A stretch of DNA of 64,000 nt, from assembly GCA_030141605.1 (NCBI GenBank), contig JAQGDQ010000196.1, positions 248,001 to 312,000 of the forward strand, written 5' to 3'. A program made the position numbers and the translations under genes. This stretch comes from Tubiluchus corallicola. Taxonomy: Eukaryota; Animalia; Priapulida. Shown piece after piece: positions 63,484 through 64,000 of this stretch (the first letter of the stretch is position 1; every line of letters begins with the position of its first letter). A model generated the notes under the pieces. That model did not search any database, had not been told where the DNA came from, and saw nothing but the letters and a program-made list of their open reading frames with translations.

Positions 63484-64000
63484 TGCACTAGCCATTGTAC
63501 TAGCATGGAATGGCTTTATTAGTTCAGTAGCAGTTCGGCCCATAGAATGGCCACTATGAGAGATGCAAGACACGTCGGCTAGTTTTGTTTCTCTCTAAAT
63601 TTATTTTTTAATCTTTGCATTTTCTATTCTGTTCTTGAACAATTTCTACAATTCTACAACAACAACTCTACTACAAATAGACGATAAAAAGTTAACAGCA
63701 CTGGAGAAACCAGTGCAAAGCAAGAGTTGGAGCCGGATTCGCGAAAAATTGATTGGATCTCGATTATATTAAAAACAGGATGTCATGCGTAAATGATCTG
63801 ATAAGCTCATTTTAAAATACCAAAATTTTTCAGTGTTGCGGGACTAGGTTTCGCTCTGTTTGCGTTCAAACTTTCACTTACTCAAGGACACAGAATATAC
63901 GCTCTGAATGTTATTTTGAAGTCACTTTAAAGCAGACACCTCTGTAAATCAAAACGTAATTTTACCTGCATGAAATTCACAAATCCTACTTTCTGAGTGA

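Overview
AT-rich, intron-containing animal (probably invertebrate) DNA. Host genes, all annotated by hand-translating exons: the 3' part of a PPM1H-type PP2C phosphatase (+, 772-5224, with two possible C-termini), a complete 8-coding-exon RAB23 (+, 27849-35317, one GC-AG intron, RFX X-box upstream) and a convergent UBE2W (-, 43547-40686, first exon not found). The last 19 kb is dense with transposons. It is dominated by a young 7.0-kb Bel-Pao LTR retrotransposon (48994-55994; 286-bp LTRs differing at 3 positions; CTAGG target-site duplication, TSD) with two unusual properties. (1) An intronless glycogenin (GT8 glucosyltransferase) catalytic domain sits inside Gag, between a SAP domain and the capsid region, and lacks the loop carrying the auto-glucosylated tyrosine. 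(2) There is no tRNA primer-binding site (PBS); instead, removing an intron inside the LTR creates an 11-nt junction exactly complementary to the bases just after the 5' LTR, which suggests splicing-dependent self-priming. Also present: a 478-bp fold-back Gypsy derivative with two U3 ends and a TSD, a solo LTR inside a LINE, two older Bel-Pao relics, and LINE, SINE and MITE debris. All homology calls come from recalled protein families, not database searches.
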